64,000 bases of DNA from the human T2T-CHM13v2.0 reference genome, Homo sapiens (GCF_009914755.1 NC_060926.1); one strand, 5' to 3'. Shown: positions 17,266 through 31,424, counted from the first letter of the stretch. The notes: generated by a model not told the origin, from the sequence alone. Numbers and translations are program-made.

Positions 17266-19149
17266 TCTGGCAAAAAGAATATGGAATCTGAAATCCTGGA
17301 GTTTGCTTCCAGTTTGGCTTCTAACTACTATATAGGAAAGCAGACATAATCCATTCTATCATCACTTCAAAATATCCTAGATATTTTGAAGCTCGCTTTG
17401 TTAGTGCCACCAGCATTCGATGAAGGTAATGTTAGCAGTTCACTTGCCTTGAATGATTGCTATCTTCAGCCCCTTGCCAAGGTTTACACCCAATTATCTC
17501 ATTTAAACCTCAGAACAATCCACCAGTTAGGTCCTAAACTTTTACTGTCATATAGCTAGATTGCAATCAGACTACAAAATGCATGCACACAGCCACTGTA
17601 CAAAACATGCTCTGCATCGAAGTTATCAACTTGTTGATATTTACCAAAAATAGATGTAACAGAAAAGCTGCCCTTTGTTATATATTCTATGAGCCACAAA
17701 TCTTTTAAAACTCAATTTAAGAGAGATATGTATTTCAAACAGTTTCCAGTGAAAGACTTACTCTCATTGTGAAAGTTCAAATCAAGTTGCCAACTTTTCC
17801 AAAGATAATTTTGGCAACTTTTTATTCCTATAATTTCCTGAATTATAGGTGGTAGGACTGGGACATTAGACTAAAATAAAACCTGAAGAAAGTCTCAGCC
17901 CATCACCTGATCAAATAAACATGCTCATTACTCACAGACTCCATCACTTGCTGTGTCTCCTTTTTCTTATTTTCCTAAAAAGCATCCCTTTGAGCATCTC
18001 TCTGACCACAGTGTGTTTGAAATGGTGATTTCACTTTGTAAAACTTCCTTACAGTCCCATTTTATATACTTTGTTACATCTCATATAGACCACATAATTT
18101 GTTCAAAGTTTGTTATAACCTGTTTTAAAAATGTAACATATATACATACTATAATTTCCCATTATTATTTATTGGCAAGAGATGGCTTTATGCTGAGGCA
18201 GTGTCATCCATCTCTAGAACTCTTGTCAGAGAAGGGGTTGTCAGAATTTTAGTGGCAGAGAAGTTTGTGAAAAACATTAAAATACTACAGGTACACTCCA
18301 AATTACCACTTTATTAGACTTACAGCAAATGAAAGAAACGTCTAACTTTAATGTGGCTCAGCACGGCAGCTGGAACAAATTCTGTCACTTCCAGGAATCA
18401 TGTATTGTGACACCCAATCTTACAAAGCAGAACTTTGTAATTTCTGACAGTGTGTTTGAGAAATGCTAAGCCTTCCAGGGCGGGCTCTTAACCCATTTTT
18501 ATTCCTAATACTGGGGACTGCTGATACAATTAAGCCATCACTGTCAAATAACTATCAATCTGGAAAAACATCCACACATCACAAATCTTTTATGTATTTT
18601 GATGTACTTAATAATAAAAAGAACTAATATTGACTGAGGCCTACCTAACAGGCAATATATTATGGGTTTCATTTGCACTATTACATAATGTAATGAGGAA
18701 GAATTCTGAGGTGGCCCCTGGGAACCAATTACTCTTAAGACTCGAGCTTTATGGTTCTCCCAATATAGTTCATGAAGACTTACACAGTGCTAAAAGCCTG
18801 GAGACTGCTTATGCGATCTAAAGTGCCTTCTCCATCCTCATCTCAGGTCCTAGCTCATGTACCCCTTCCTCTGTGGGGCTTTCTTTCTCATGAGCCCAGC
18901 CTGATGCGTGCTCTCCTTTCCTGAAGTCCTATAGTGCAGGGCTCATTGATGGGTCTCAGTTGAGACCTCTAGAATCCAGGCCTGTGCCCTGCTTTCCTGA
19001 TGGGGATAACGAAGGGCAGGCCTTGTGAAACTGTATTTTTTTTCATGCCCATATGCACTCTTCTCTCTGTAGAGGTCAAAGGTTTTCATCTGATGATGAG
19101 AGTGGCTCACAACCCTGGGGAAGTTTAAGAACCACATAGGGTATAATCT

Positions 19150-19715
19150 GTCTCCTTCTTTCCATTGCCATCCCCACCTCAAGCCAGCTTCTTCCCCCAA
19201 ACACTGTAATGATCTCTAGCTGGCTCTCCTGCCTTTGACTACCTCTCCTGAATTCCATCCTCCACAATGCTGCCAGAGTGATCTTTTAAAACCTAAACCT
19301 GGCTGAGTGTGGTGGCTCATGCCTGTAATCCCAGCACTTTGGGAGGCCGAGGCGGGCAGATCACCTGAGGTCAGTAGTTCAAGACCAGCCTGGCCAACAT
19401 GGTGAAAGCCCATCTCTACTAAAAGTACAAAAATTAGCTGGATATGGTGGCAGGCACCTGGAAACCCAGCTACTCAGCAGGCTGAGGCAAAATAGCTTGA
19501 ACCTGGGAGGCAGAGGTTGCAGTGAGCCGAGATTGCGCCACTGCAATCCAGCGTGGATGACAAGAACGAGACTACGTCTCAAAAAACAAACAAACAAATA
19601 AGCAAAAAACCCTGAACCTGATGTCATACTTCTCTGTATCCTGTTACCTACTTAACAGTATTTTGAGCACAGGAGGTGCTCATTAATATCCACTGAATAA
19701 GTGAATGAATAAATG
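19150..19715 (+). mobile_element. L2 fragments flanking an Alu
   Basis: ccacaatgctgccagagtgatcttttaaaa; gcacaggaggtgctcattaatatccactgaataagtgaatgaat tail. Confidence 0.6.
19301..19605 (+). mobile_element. AluS (Sx/Sq-like)
   Basis: gatcacctgaggtca, cctggccaacatggtgaa; (AAAC)n tail; imperfect TSD aaaacctaaacct / aaaaccctgaacct. Confidence 0.92.
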
Positions 19716-20439
19716 AGCTCCTGCTGACAGCCTGAGCCCTCAGCCCAGGGCCCAAAATAAATCTCCCTGACTTGCTGCCTGTAAAACCTTCAGGTTCTCT
19801 GAGCCTACGGGCTTGGCACTTTATTTGGTGTAATGAAAGACACTTTAACATGCCAAATTAAAATCGTAGCCTACAATTTGCAAAGTGAGTACATTTATAA
19901 AAATGTGCTCCTAGTTTAAATGTCATGAATAAACAGATTACAATCAGGTCAATAGGTATGTGATTTTTGAATTTGCTTAAAATGGCAAGAGTGTCCTACT
20001 CTGGGGAAAATTTTCTGTGATCTATTGCATGAATAAATTTATAAACTATTTAATATGCAATCAGAGACACAGATAAAGCTATAACCCATGAGCAGCAAAC
20101 TTTTAGGGATTAAAATTTCATACAAACATTACTTTTTGTTATCAGTGTCAGATGTCACAGCTTTGACTTTTAGACAGACAGAAACAGACTGCCTGCCCTC
20201 CGGGTCAGGCTGACACAAACTCACCCAGCAGCACAAACCTCCCACACCATGTATTATCTATATGTGAATAGAACACCCAACAGCTGCAAACTTCTATTGC
20301 AGTCTGCAGCATTCCCCAGATACAATTGCCTATGTTCCATAGTTAGCATGAAAGAATCTAACAAACCTTAATGTGGCTAAAGTTGTCACTATACTATCTG
20401 GGAACTCTCAAATTCCCTGAGCCCTGAAGTTCCTTTAAT

Positions 20440-20510
20440 CTTTTTTTTTTGATACATAATATTTGCACATATTTATGTGGTACATCAACATTTTGTTACA
20501 TGCATATAAC
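20440..20510 (-). mobile_element. Short antisense L1MA 3' terminus
   Basis: poly-T then gatacataatatttgcacatatttatgtggtacat. Confidence 0.55.
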
Positions 20511-20989
20511 AAAATCAAACCATGCTATGGATGCCCTGAAGTGTCCAGCCCATTGCTACTTAGAGCTGTCTAGAGCCCTCCTACCCAACCCCGGCCATAT
20601 GCCTCTATACCATACTGCTGAGTCCTGGTCCTGAGTCTGACCAGGAGATCACTGAGCTCTAAATAAGTAAGAAGTGACAAAAGAGGACCACAGTCTCCTG
20701 CGTTAGTGAATATGGTATTGGAATGAGGTTTCCCTTAATAGCAGCTATACCAGAAACAAAAAGAGCAGGTATGTGGCTAGGAGTTCCCAGGGATAGGGGA
20801 AACCAGGAGAAGATATTCAAGTATACAGAATGTTCCTATAGGGTTCATAAGTTAAGGACTACCTACATTAAAAAGGCAAAACATACACTAACAACATCAC
20901 TAATCACTGATTACTCTCACTGTGGGGAGAGAAAGAGACTCAGAAAAGAGAGATGAGGTGGTCTAAGCCACTTTTTTTATTCCTCCTTT

Positions 20990-22710
20990 ATCATTATTCA
21001 AATTAAAATACTGGCAGACAATGATCTTATAGGAATTCACTCTCTCCTTAATTTTCTTGAGCAATTCCTTTCTAAAGTTATTAGATGAAACAGAGCAAGG
21101 TATAGTCTGCTTCACCATGGGGGTGGGGGACCCTTGGGGACTCAGAAAAGGGGGGTCAGAACAGAACAGAGAAAGGTGACTGTGGCAGAGCAGTGCCCAG
21201 CATGGGGAGTCAGGGCCTCCAGAGGACAATGAAAGTATCCACACATGGGGGCAACCCGAGTGGAGTGAGGAGGATGTCCATGCTAGGGGGTGGGACTCAG
21301 CTTGCCATGGGGTATTGGTGCATGGGTGGAATAGAGAGGACTTCCACATGGGGGTAGAAGAGTAGGGTGCTGGCAGCCCCATGTGGTGTGTCAGAGCCCA
21401 GTTGGGATGAGGAGGCATCTAATAAGGAAAGGTGGCAGTGGCAACGAGAGATGGTTACATAGGGGTGTTGATCAATTTCATAAATACATTAGGATAATGA
21501 GAACCAGCTTCTCAATCTTGGAGAAGTTATAAATAGGGAAAGGGAGAAAATAAGAGTATACTCTGTGGTGTCAGATTGGAGGTATCAGTGTAAAGTCATG
21601 GTTTTCAACATACACTGACAGATATAAATGGATGCACATGTGCACATGTTTGTGTATGTGCATGCACATATATACGTTTGCTCCGAGCACTGGCCACTAA
21701 GAAGGTTTGAGAGCAGCAACACCCCCGAAAACACCCAAATCTTGGTTTCCAAATACTACCCTCCATTACAAACAACCAGGACTTCTTAGAGAAAGGCTGA
21801 CATCAGGGCTGGGATAAGGAAAGTACAAAATGAGCCTGAAATGTCTTACTGTGAACAGATAGCAAGGAAGTGCTCAAAAAATGACAAGGCTCCTGAGTCA
21901 AAAGGACACAGGAGGCAGCTTGAAGGAACTCCCTCTGGCCCAATCTGGGAAAATTTGCACATCAAAATAATTGATGATAGTAAGGGGTTATAACTCATTG
22001 AATAAAACAGGAAGCCATCATCCATATGGATAGAAATAAATGAGTAAATGGAAAGTTTGACAAAGAATGAGATATTCATAAGGTTTCAAATACCTCTGCA
22101 TAAAATGCTTATTAATTATAAAGGATGAAAAGATTATGGTAGAAAAGCCTGGAAAATATGAGCTTTAACAAGGGACCAAAGTGAACATTATCAGTAATGG
22201 GAGAAATTAAAATTACCTGAGATCTGATAGGATATAGTAAAAGGAATATAGCATCATTTTCATGATATTCCTACCAAAGATACACAACCTGAAGTCAATC
22301 AAGAGGAAACAGCAGGAAACACAAACTGGGCAGTAATTTTCAAGAGTCAAGATCATGAAAATTAAAAAACAACAACACCACAGAACAAAATGCAGAGGAA
22401 TTTTCCAGACTAAAGAAGGCTGGATAGGCATGACAATGACACATAATCAGTGATTTTGAAATGGATTCTATATCTATCTATATTAGGGCAAATGCCAAAA
22501 CCTGAATGAGGTCTGAGGATTGGGTATAGGATGTATCTATGTCTATTTTGATGATTGTTTTAGTAGTTGTATAGGAGATTGTCTTGCTTATAAAAAATCC
22601 ATACCACAGCGCTCCAGGGTGATAGGGTAACTCACTTAGAAAAGAAAAAGCTTATTGGTTCTATATTGCAGATTTTCTGTAATTTTGAGATCGTTTCAAA
22701 ATTTTAAAAT
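20990..22710 (+). mobile_element. L1MC3/L1MC4/L1MD-like 3' region, including its G-rich segment
   Basis: G-rich ggggcaacccgagtggagtgaggaggatgtcc block; aaatcttggtttccaaatact; aaaggacacaggaggcagcttgaagg; gatattcctaccaaagatacacaacctga. Confidence 0.7.
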
Positions 22711-25700
22711 TATCTTATGGGGTAAATATGTCATACTATGAAAAAGGCTACAAGATGATACACCAGATATAGTACTAAGTAAAAATATAAAGGTGCAGAA
22801 TATATCATATAATACAATTTGTGTGCATGTATATATGTTTGCATGTTGTGTGTTTTTAGTTTTGATTTATTTTGTTTTACTCTGAAACAAAGCACAAAAT
22901 CCATTAGCAAAATTTATTTGGGGAAATAAGCATTGGAGGTTTGGGGAAGAGAAAAGAAAGTTTTGCTTTTTGTTACATTTCTTTCTAGATTCTTAAGTTT
23001 TACCATGTTACATTTTGCTTTAATTTGAAAAAAAAAGTAATGTTAAGTTTAATAAAATAAATTCAGTACAAAATACATTTTAAGAACATAATTCTAATCA
23101 TAAGACCTGTTTACGTTTCCCAGTATTAGCACCCTTCCTTTTCCTGCTGTCCACTTTGCTAAGAGAAAAGAAATGTCATGCCTGGAGACCCAGTGCTCAG
23201 CACAGAGCCTGGCACAAGGCGGGCAATAATGACATATGGTTAAATAAATGCATAAGCCAGTACCTCATATACATAGCCAGTTCACAAATGTGTGATTTCA
23301 ACATTTTTGAAGCACCTACCTGTGTTTACTGTCATGTATGTAACATGTAGACTACACTCAAAACAGTTCTCTAGGAGATTCTAGAACACTAAACAAGTAG
23401 AGTGAGAGATTTCACCTGGAAAGATTTGGTATATATATACATATTTTGGGAAAGGATGCATGTGTTTGAAGTAGGAGAAAAGGAAATAAATTCTAATTTA
23501 CATTTAGTTCCATTATATCAAAGCTTCATGTTCAGGACACTGGTCCATGGAGAATGTTTCCTTGATAAATAAGGTTTATTCAGAGGAAATCACAAAAATA
23601 GGTATGTATGAGAGAAAGTGACATACATTATTCAAGATAAGGGATACTTGGAGACAAATAAAAGCCCAAGTAAAAGATACTATGAAATGCTGAAAGGATA
23701 ACATGATATCCTTCATGCTTGAGCTTAGTGCAAAGGCTGTAGGGTTTTATTGTTGAAAGATGAATCCTGTAACAAGCTGTCATGTGGAGAGTGGCACTGT
23801 GCCTTTGGCAGTCATTTGGTTATATCAGTAACTCACATCTATTCCATACAGGATAGATATTTCATTGCCTTTATCAGAAGTAGAAGAAAAGCAAATCAAT
23901 AAGGTAGGGCAGTGAGAAACCAAGAAACAAAAGTCTTTTGTGTTTATCTATACAACATTATGAATTTTCTTTGATTCAATGTGTCACAGCACAAGACTTG
24001 GCTGACTGATAGGTAATCCTTTCCCTGCCTTACCAGACAGTTAAGACGCATTAAATCCACTAGACAATTGATACAATCATACCCTATTACAATGTAAGAA
24101 TTTATTAAGGTAAAATATCATAATAGTTATCATTAGCATCAAAATGGCAAACATTTGGAAACAATGCCTTTTGAGTCCCCTGTGCCGCTGGTATTACTCG
24201 AAGAAAGGACATGACTTACCTTAACTGCATAATGTAAGAGACAGACATAGAATTGTTTAAATAATTCTGACTTCAATGTCTTCAGAATACATGTTTTCTC
24301 CCAAGATTTTTTTTTTTAACCACGTAAGGAAAATCTGGCAAAAGGGTAAAATCACACAAGTTGCCTTCAAATTAGGTAACTGACACAGGATACACTTATT
24401 TTTCAATACTGTATATGCTATATTTTGAAACAAAATGTTCAATAATATATTTTCAGGTGAGGGATCAATAAACGTAAAGCAGTGCATTCATTCAATGGTT
24501 CATCTGAAAAAGAAAGTTGATCAACAAACACTAAGAATGTCCAAAAAGTCCAGAAACAGGAAAAATAAGATATTTGTTTCACTTTTTTAGATTAATAATT
24601 TGACAAATGGCTTTACATTTAAAGGTCCTTCACTGGAAAAGCTGTCTGGAGACAAAAGAAAACACACCACGCATAATATTTTAAAATATAACCAACATAC
24701 TATATAAAAATAAGTTTACACTGTTTCCCAGTTACTTGAATAGACTGTACATTCTACAGTATATAAACACTCAACCTCGTTCACTACAAATAAAAATATT
24801 TTAAAAATAAAACCCCAAATTCCAATAAGACAGTCCCCGAGACTGATTTTTATGAGAACCTCCAAATATGGATCTGTAAGTGGATGAGGAGAATCTGAAT
24901 GTTGCCTTGCAGAGACCTCCTTGGTGTCTGAGTACTAAACCATCTGTATGATGAGCTGGTGTTAACAAAGTCAGAGCTAAGGTACGAATCCAGTCTCTGT
25001 GGATGTTGTGGTGAACCTGAAGAAGATAGTGCTCCTAACGGAAAATGGCTAAGATTCATTTCCCTTATCTTTATCAGGGACACCTTTTCTCCAGAAAACA
25101 ACGGAACGGAAAAGAGAATCAAAAAGTCATTTAGAGAAGACAGAAAGAGCCAAATTGTGTGCCAAAACTGTACTGCCAGAGAAAATTTTTAGTCCCAGAT
25201 TAAAAAACAGAACTGAGCTCCATTTTTAATATGTCAGAGGATCAGCAAACTCTTGTCTAGACAAAGCATTTTAAGATATAGATTTGGAAACATGACAAGA
25301 GCTATTTCCTAAGTAGCTATAAAGAGTCCATAGCTACCGTTAAGATACACAAATAATGCTATTATTAGGAAAACTTTTTCATGATGTGGTTTCATTTTTC
25401 ACAGTTTCAATGAGTATGGTTCTAAAGTATAGGCTATAGGACGAATAAAAAGTATACATCCAATGATGTCTAAAAACATACTTTCTTCTGACCTCCCTAA
25501 TTCACAGTCACATAGTTTATCCCAAACAGTGTTAACACTGTGACTGAATTGTTCTGTGTGTATGTCAAGGAGTTGAACAGTTTGTGCCAATGGATTCTGG
25601 GAAACCCTGCTTTTTACAAGTGAGTACTTATGGGATTCCCATTAAATAAAAGCACACATTACTAGCAGTGAGTCTTTAAACTGCTCATCTGAGCAGCCAG

Positions 25701-26124
25701 GAAATTGGGTGTTATGGTTATTACCATAACTCTCAGTCACCCTCATCCAAAACAATGGAATCATTTGCTAGTCCCTTGCTCTTGACACTTTGCCATTGTA
25801 GTTATTTGCATATCTGCTTTTAGCTAGATGAGCAGAACCCTAAACCCTAAGATATTTTACTAATTTATCAATTTCTACATATACTAACCATAGTAGATGA
25901 TCAGAAGTAATTTTTTGAATGAATGAATGACAACGATACATAATAGAGTACTATAAATAAATACCTTACCTATTGATTTGGTCATCTCAATTGTTTAGAA
26001 TTGAGCAAAGCACCAAAAAAAAAAAAAAAATCATCAGAAGATTAAGGATTTCTAGAAGAGTCTCTGAGTTCTTAAAGTCTTAGTTTAGGCAGGGAAAAAA
26101 AAATTGAGACGTAAACTGCTTAAG

Positions 26125-26225
26125 GACAGGGTTCTTTCCTGCTTCGTTCACTTTGATATCCTTGGGGCCTTCCTAACATTGTATTTAGCCCATAATATAT
26201 GCTCAATAAAAATTTTTTAAGTAAT
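26125..26225 (+). mobile_element. L2 3' end
   Basis: ggacagggttctt...gcccataatatatgctcaataaa. Confidence 0.5.
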
Positions 26226-26399
26226 TGACTAAAGTAATGGTTATCTCTGTTCTAAATGCATAGAAGAACGAAAACAGTTGAGTTCAGAACTAGGAGCTGG
26301 TGCTGCTATAGACAGGTTCATGGCTGGCTGTGACACATGCCAGCTGATTGATGTCATAGAACATCAGGAGACCATCAAAAAGCATATCAAAATGCAAAA

Positions 26400-26790
26400 G
26401 GACAAGTTGGGACCATTTCTTTCAGGAGCCAATAGATCTCCCTCACTAGACCCCGTGCACTACTGCTGCACAGAAGAAGAGAGAAGTCAGGGTATTTCTT
26501 TTGAGTTCCTTCTGTGCCTGCATTCTGGCAATGGCCTCTCTCTAGAAGAACAGCTCTTGTTGAGTAGTTTCTATACAGCCTCCAGTTTCAGCTCTTAATA
26601 AACTTAGGCAACTCCATTACCTCCCCTTCCTTTTCAGGAATGGGGAGACTTATGGCGGGTTAATAAGTACCTTAACATCAGCTACTCACTCCCCTAAACC
26701 TGTCCACATCTCTGTAAGTAGGTCCTTAAATTCTAATTGAAAATCTGGCTGTTTATGCCTTCAGTGTTCAGTCAAAACTCTGACTGATAC
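26400..26790 (+). mobile_element. Old ERVL-type LTR fragment (LTR33/LTR16-like)
   Basis: ctcccctaaacctgtccacatctctgtaagtaggtcctt...ctgactgatac. Confidence 0.4.
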
Positions 26791-27263
26791 CACATACAAT
26801 AGAATCAGGTCCTGCTACTTTATAAGAGACATAGAACCAATATAGCAGGAACAAATCAATTATCAAGCCATCTATTTCCTTCTACCACACTGAAGTACCC
26901 TAAAAGGCCTGAGACAGTTGTAAAGGAGAAAAAAAGGACAACGAGCAGCAGTGACAAGTGTTCACTCATTTAACAATACCCCAGCTAGCGAACAAACTCA
27001 GACGAGCCAGTGCCTTCCCCACACTAGCCAAGGCCACTTTAATCTTTCTAAAGGAATGAAAAATAGTTGACAATGTTTCTCCAAATTATTTTGAAATATT
27101 TCCAGAGAAAGACATAGAGATGCACAATGGTAAGGAGAAACAAAAACAGTTTTAATAGAGAAGGGTTATGGGTCTGCCTCAATTAATTTTTTAGTATATT
27201 TCACAGGAGGAAAGACCTTGGATTTGGTGACAGAGGTGCAAACAGAATCAACGGATGGATTTA

Positions 27264-27548
27264 GGATCATTCTCCTAAATCACCAACATCACTTATTTCT
27301 CACCAATGGCACTGAATCTTAACCTAAAGGGAGATCCCATGTGAAAAGGTTGTCCTTGTTTAAAATATCCTGTGTATTGTACACAGGTATACCGTGTCTC
27401 CAACATGACAGGATCATGGAAGCCAAGAAGGCAGAAGTGGAATTGCAAAAATAGAGTAAAACATTAAGAAGTTTCATAAAAGAAGTGACCCAATGGTTAG
27501 AAGGAGTCTTGAGAAGCCAGGATGAAAACTTAGGTCTCCTATTTCCTA
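27264..27548 (+). repeat. Local duplication, copy A (about 90% identical to 31425-31715)
   Basis: Direct visual alignment: about 28 substitutions and 3 small indels over about 285 bp. Confidence 0.95.
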
Positions 27549-28749
27549 TCCCCCTACCCCCTTCGAGTGCAGGAGGATAGGAGCCTGTCACATGGGCCAG
27601 GGCTCTTGTCCAGCCTACTACGTAGGAACAGAGGGAAGCAGAATAAATGTTTGGAAAGAAGACTGTATTTTAATTCAAAAATTCCTAGATAAGACATCTT
27701 GATTAGGTCACTTTCCCTGTCTTAACTAAAATAAATAGGAATGAAGAATACCATGTTAATTCTTCATGATACTTTAGTTCCAAGTTCAAGTATGTGAACA
27801 TCATTCTAACCTCTTGGGGATGGCACTTTTAGATTTCCAGGTTTGGGGAAATTATTTCACTGGGAGGTTCTCAAAGGAGCTCTATTTCAAATATCTGCTA
27901 AAACATTTGCCTCTTACTGTCTTAAAAACTCAGATTCTTTCATTGAAATGGCATTAAGTAAACTTAAGACAATGCTACATGGATTAGAGACTACCTATAG
28001 TGCACCCAACTTGCAGGATGTCATTTAGTATGCGTGTATTCTTAACCCAACTTGCAGCCTAATGGCTTTTTAAAGTCAAAACTTCCATAGTCCTTTTGCA
28101 GTATGATTTTTGAGGCATATGGAGACAGAATCTGAGCCAATATATTTTATTCCAAATGAGGCTCTTTGATTTCTCACATGCTTTTGAAATGTGATGTTTG
28201 TCTACCCTGGAAAACTCTGCCGTTTCAACTCTCTGGAAAGCTAGGAAAGGTTTTGAATAATTGTATCATGGGTAGTTTTTGGATTCCACTACTTGTGGGC
28301 TACTTCTGCTGGATAAATGTGTTGCCTACATACAGTATTCTCTTAACCCTGCTTCTCAAAATCCTATATTTTCTGTTGTCAAGTCAAGAATTACAAAGCC
28401 ACACTTTGGCATGGAGAATACTACTCTACAGTTACTCATCCTTAATGACCTGTAGTACAGAAAAGTGAAAACATTGTGGAGGAGATAAATTACCAAAATA
28501 GAAGATAAGCTGAAAAGGCAATGGAAAATATATCATACATATCAAAGTTGCTCATTTATGCTATTTTGCCATAACAATGCATACAACTGAAGCACTTCCC
28601 TTCTCCATTGGAGTTTTGTCTCTAGAGGTATTAAATATTAATCTTATAAAGAAAAGAAAGCAAAAAAAAAAACCCTGAACACATGTTAATAGGTTAGGGT
28701 TTTAAGAGCAAATCACAAAAGCAGAATAAGTACTTGGAGGAAAAAAACA

Positions 28750-28782
28750 GGAAGAGAGAGAAAGAGGGAGAGAGAGAGAGAG
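28750..28782. repeat. (GA)n microsatellite, imperfect
   Basis: gaagagagagaaagagggagagagagagag. Confidence 0.8.
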
Positions 28783-29379
28783 GTGGGGTAAATTGTGGAC
28801 CCTCCTTTTAAAGAAACAAAATTTTCCACAGAGTTGCATTAATACTTAAATTGGACTAATTCCATGTGAATCCTCGTAAGAAATACTATTTCCTTTCAAT
28901 TAACTCATCTATCCTACAATTACATGTCATGAAATCTAAAGGCAAATATGTTTACCCAGTAAGGGAATAACATTCGAGGCAAAAGTGATGTCACAAACAG
29001 ATGGGAATTCCAAGTAATACTGAGTCATGGTTCTAGGGGAATAAAACAATTACTTTACAGCTCAGTGCAATGTAGTATTTAAAGAAAAGGTATTTCAATA
29101 GAATAGCCCAGACAATTATTCAACATTTAACAGAGATTATATTAGTCTAGATATGTTAATTTGGATTTTATTCTGTTTTTTATTTATGTTAATAGGTTTG
29201 GTTACTGGTTTAAAGAAATATTAGAAGTTTATCTTTTATTTTTACAAATAGATTAACATTTGTCTTAGAGGGAGTTCTGCCCTTCATGGATAATACCTTT
29301 ACCTGCTAAATCTAGATTTCTTTTTCTATAGTAAGTTTTAAACCAGTAATTGATGTAAAAAGATACAACAAATAAAATT

Positions 29380-29620
29380 ATAGCTACTAATGGGCATGTA
29401 TTTATTATACAGTAGGCAATTTGCAGAAAGTTTTATGTATATTATTTTTATTAATCTTTATGACATTGGAATTCCATCAGGTAGGCATTTTGATTCCCAA
29501 GTAAACTAAAGAGAAGAAAACTGAGGCTTAAAGAGGGTAAGTGATTTGCCAAGGGTCACAGAACAAGTAAGAGGTACAGCTGGATTCAAATTTAAGTATA
29601 TCTTGTCCTCAAGTCTTTCC
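29380..29620 (-). mobile_element. MIR
   Basis: gaaaactgaggcttaaagagggtaagtgatttgccaagggtcaca. Confidence 0.8.
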
Positions 29621-29816
29621 TCTTTATTTCCTACTAAAACTAAAAAGGGTAATGGCACAGCAGCTAATCATATTTGATGTATTAAAACATAAATACTGGT
29701 GTCAAATATAAGTACTAAATCAGGCATCAGTTCCTTCCTACTAAAAACATTAAAAAACAATTCAGCAAAAATTCGTACTCTGCAGGATCATAGAGTGCTT
29801 TGATACCCTCATCTAC

Positions 29817-30025
29817 AGCAGTGTTTCTCAACCTTTTTATTCATTGTTGCTCTCCTAAGGGACCTTCTTAGACATTTTTTTCATACTTGTCTCCCAAGAA
29901 ATTTTAATACTATAGATATACCATATATCTATGTACCATATGTATATCTGTGCTCATACATAAAAAGAATAAGTTTTTGCTCCTTAGAATAATTTTTTTG
30001 CCCTTTGGGAGCAATGAATATGTAT
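29817..30025 (+). mobile_element. MER112-like hAT-Charlie element
   Basis: cagtgtttctcaacctttttatt...aattttaatactatagatatacc...atatctgtgctcatacataaaaaga. Confidence 0.65.
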
Positions 30026-30909
30026 GATTTAGATATTATACCTCTATGTTTCTCCAAAACCTTTCAAGTCACTCTTATTGCTTACAATTGTATGGGCTTA
30101 GAGCTTTAGATTTTTAGCTTAAAGTTTTTCAGTGTGTTAAAATGCAAATATATAGAAAACGTTGATGAACCACAACAAGCCATTTGTATCCTGGTGTAAA
30201 ATAGAAGCTCAGAAAGCCAGTTTGATAAGGGAAAGGAGAAGAATGGGAGGTCACTCTGTATTGGGGCAGGGGAGGGGAAGAGCGGAGAGCCTCTGGTGTT
30301 GAAATGCCTGCGTCACAACTGTACTTCAGTCCAGTCCCGTTGAACATATTAACACAAGTATTTGAAGAAAAGATGCTAGCTCCTATTCATGATGAACAAG
30401 AAAACTTAGTCATAAGCCACCTTAGTGGCCATCACCCTATTATTGTGTAAATATTAGGTTTCCTGCTTGTAAAGAATTTGCTGTTTGGTTCCTTTCAGGC
30501 CTGTTTGCGTGTTCCCAACTGCTATGTGGCCAAGAATAAGTAAGTTTATGTAACGTTCCAAAGAAACTGCTCAAAACCGTGGCTCATTTTAACTAAGATA
30601 TGAATAGAAGGCAGAAATGAATTCACAAACACTTCTTTCACATGCACTGCAAAATATAACTTTTTACTCCTCCAGGCCAAAATGGTCTTAACCATTGAAG
30701 TAATTATAGCTCACAACTATAATTTAAAGTTAGATCTGGTTGATTCTAAATTCACACAGGAAAATAATTCACTCATCTTACTGGAACATTGACATAAATA
30801 ACTTTATAAAACCCATACAGTTTCAGCAATCCTAGAAAGTGTTGTGAATCCAAATAGAAACAGTTGATAAATTAATAAGACAGTTGATAAAATAATTTAG
30901 TAAGACAAC

Positions 30910-31110
30910 AATAATTGTCTACCATTTATTGGTTAAAGTATTATGCTTGACACTTTATAAATATTACCTATTTAATCGTTACAGCAATCTTTAATATTGG
31001 TATCCTTATTTACAAAGAAAATGAGTGCAGAAAGGACAAGTAGTTTTCGTGAAACCACTTGGAAGTGGAGGAGAAGGGTTTTGAACTCCCATCATCTCAA
31101 GCTCATGCTT
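30910..31110 (-). mobile_element. MIR
   Basis: ctaccatttattgg...tatccttatttacaaagaaaatgagtgcaga. Confidence 0.55.
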
Positions 31111-31424
31111 TGCCATCTCACCACAGTGAAATGATGGAAAACTCAAGTCTGCAAACCTTAAATTTTCAATCAAAGGGAGGAAACCTTGGGCAAATGAAGA
31201 GGTCATGGATATGATATGAAAATATTTTATGATTTTGCATGTGAGAAGCTACTGCATAGATGAATTCAACTGCAGGATCCCTTTTAAAAAATATGTATCT
31301 TCAAGGTGGGTATTGGTCAGAATTTTCTTTGAAGGTCATGAAACAGCATGTCTCAGGACCTTGGTAAATGATAAACAAAATGGTGAACACTTCACACAAG
31401 CGTAGGTGCTCTTTCCAGAGGCAG

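Noticed and set aside
20963-21418. 151-aa minus ORF in a G-rich block resembling a promoter
   Set aside because: Reverse of the G-rich L1MC/MD 3' segment; CpG-poor, so not a CpG island.
25526-25541. Perfect 16-bp palindrome acagtgttaacactgt within a loose hairpin
   Set aside because: About one such palindrome is expected by chance in 64 kb, and the stem is too irregular for a pre-miRNA.
30859-30892. Short direct repeat acagttgataaa x2
   Set aside because: Ordinary micro-duplication with no array structure.
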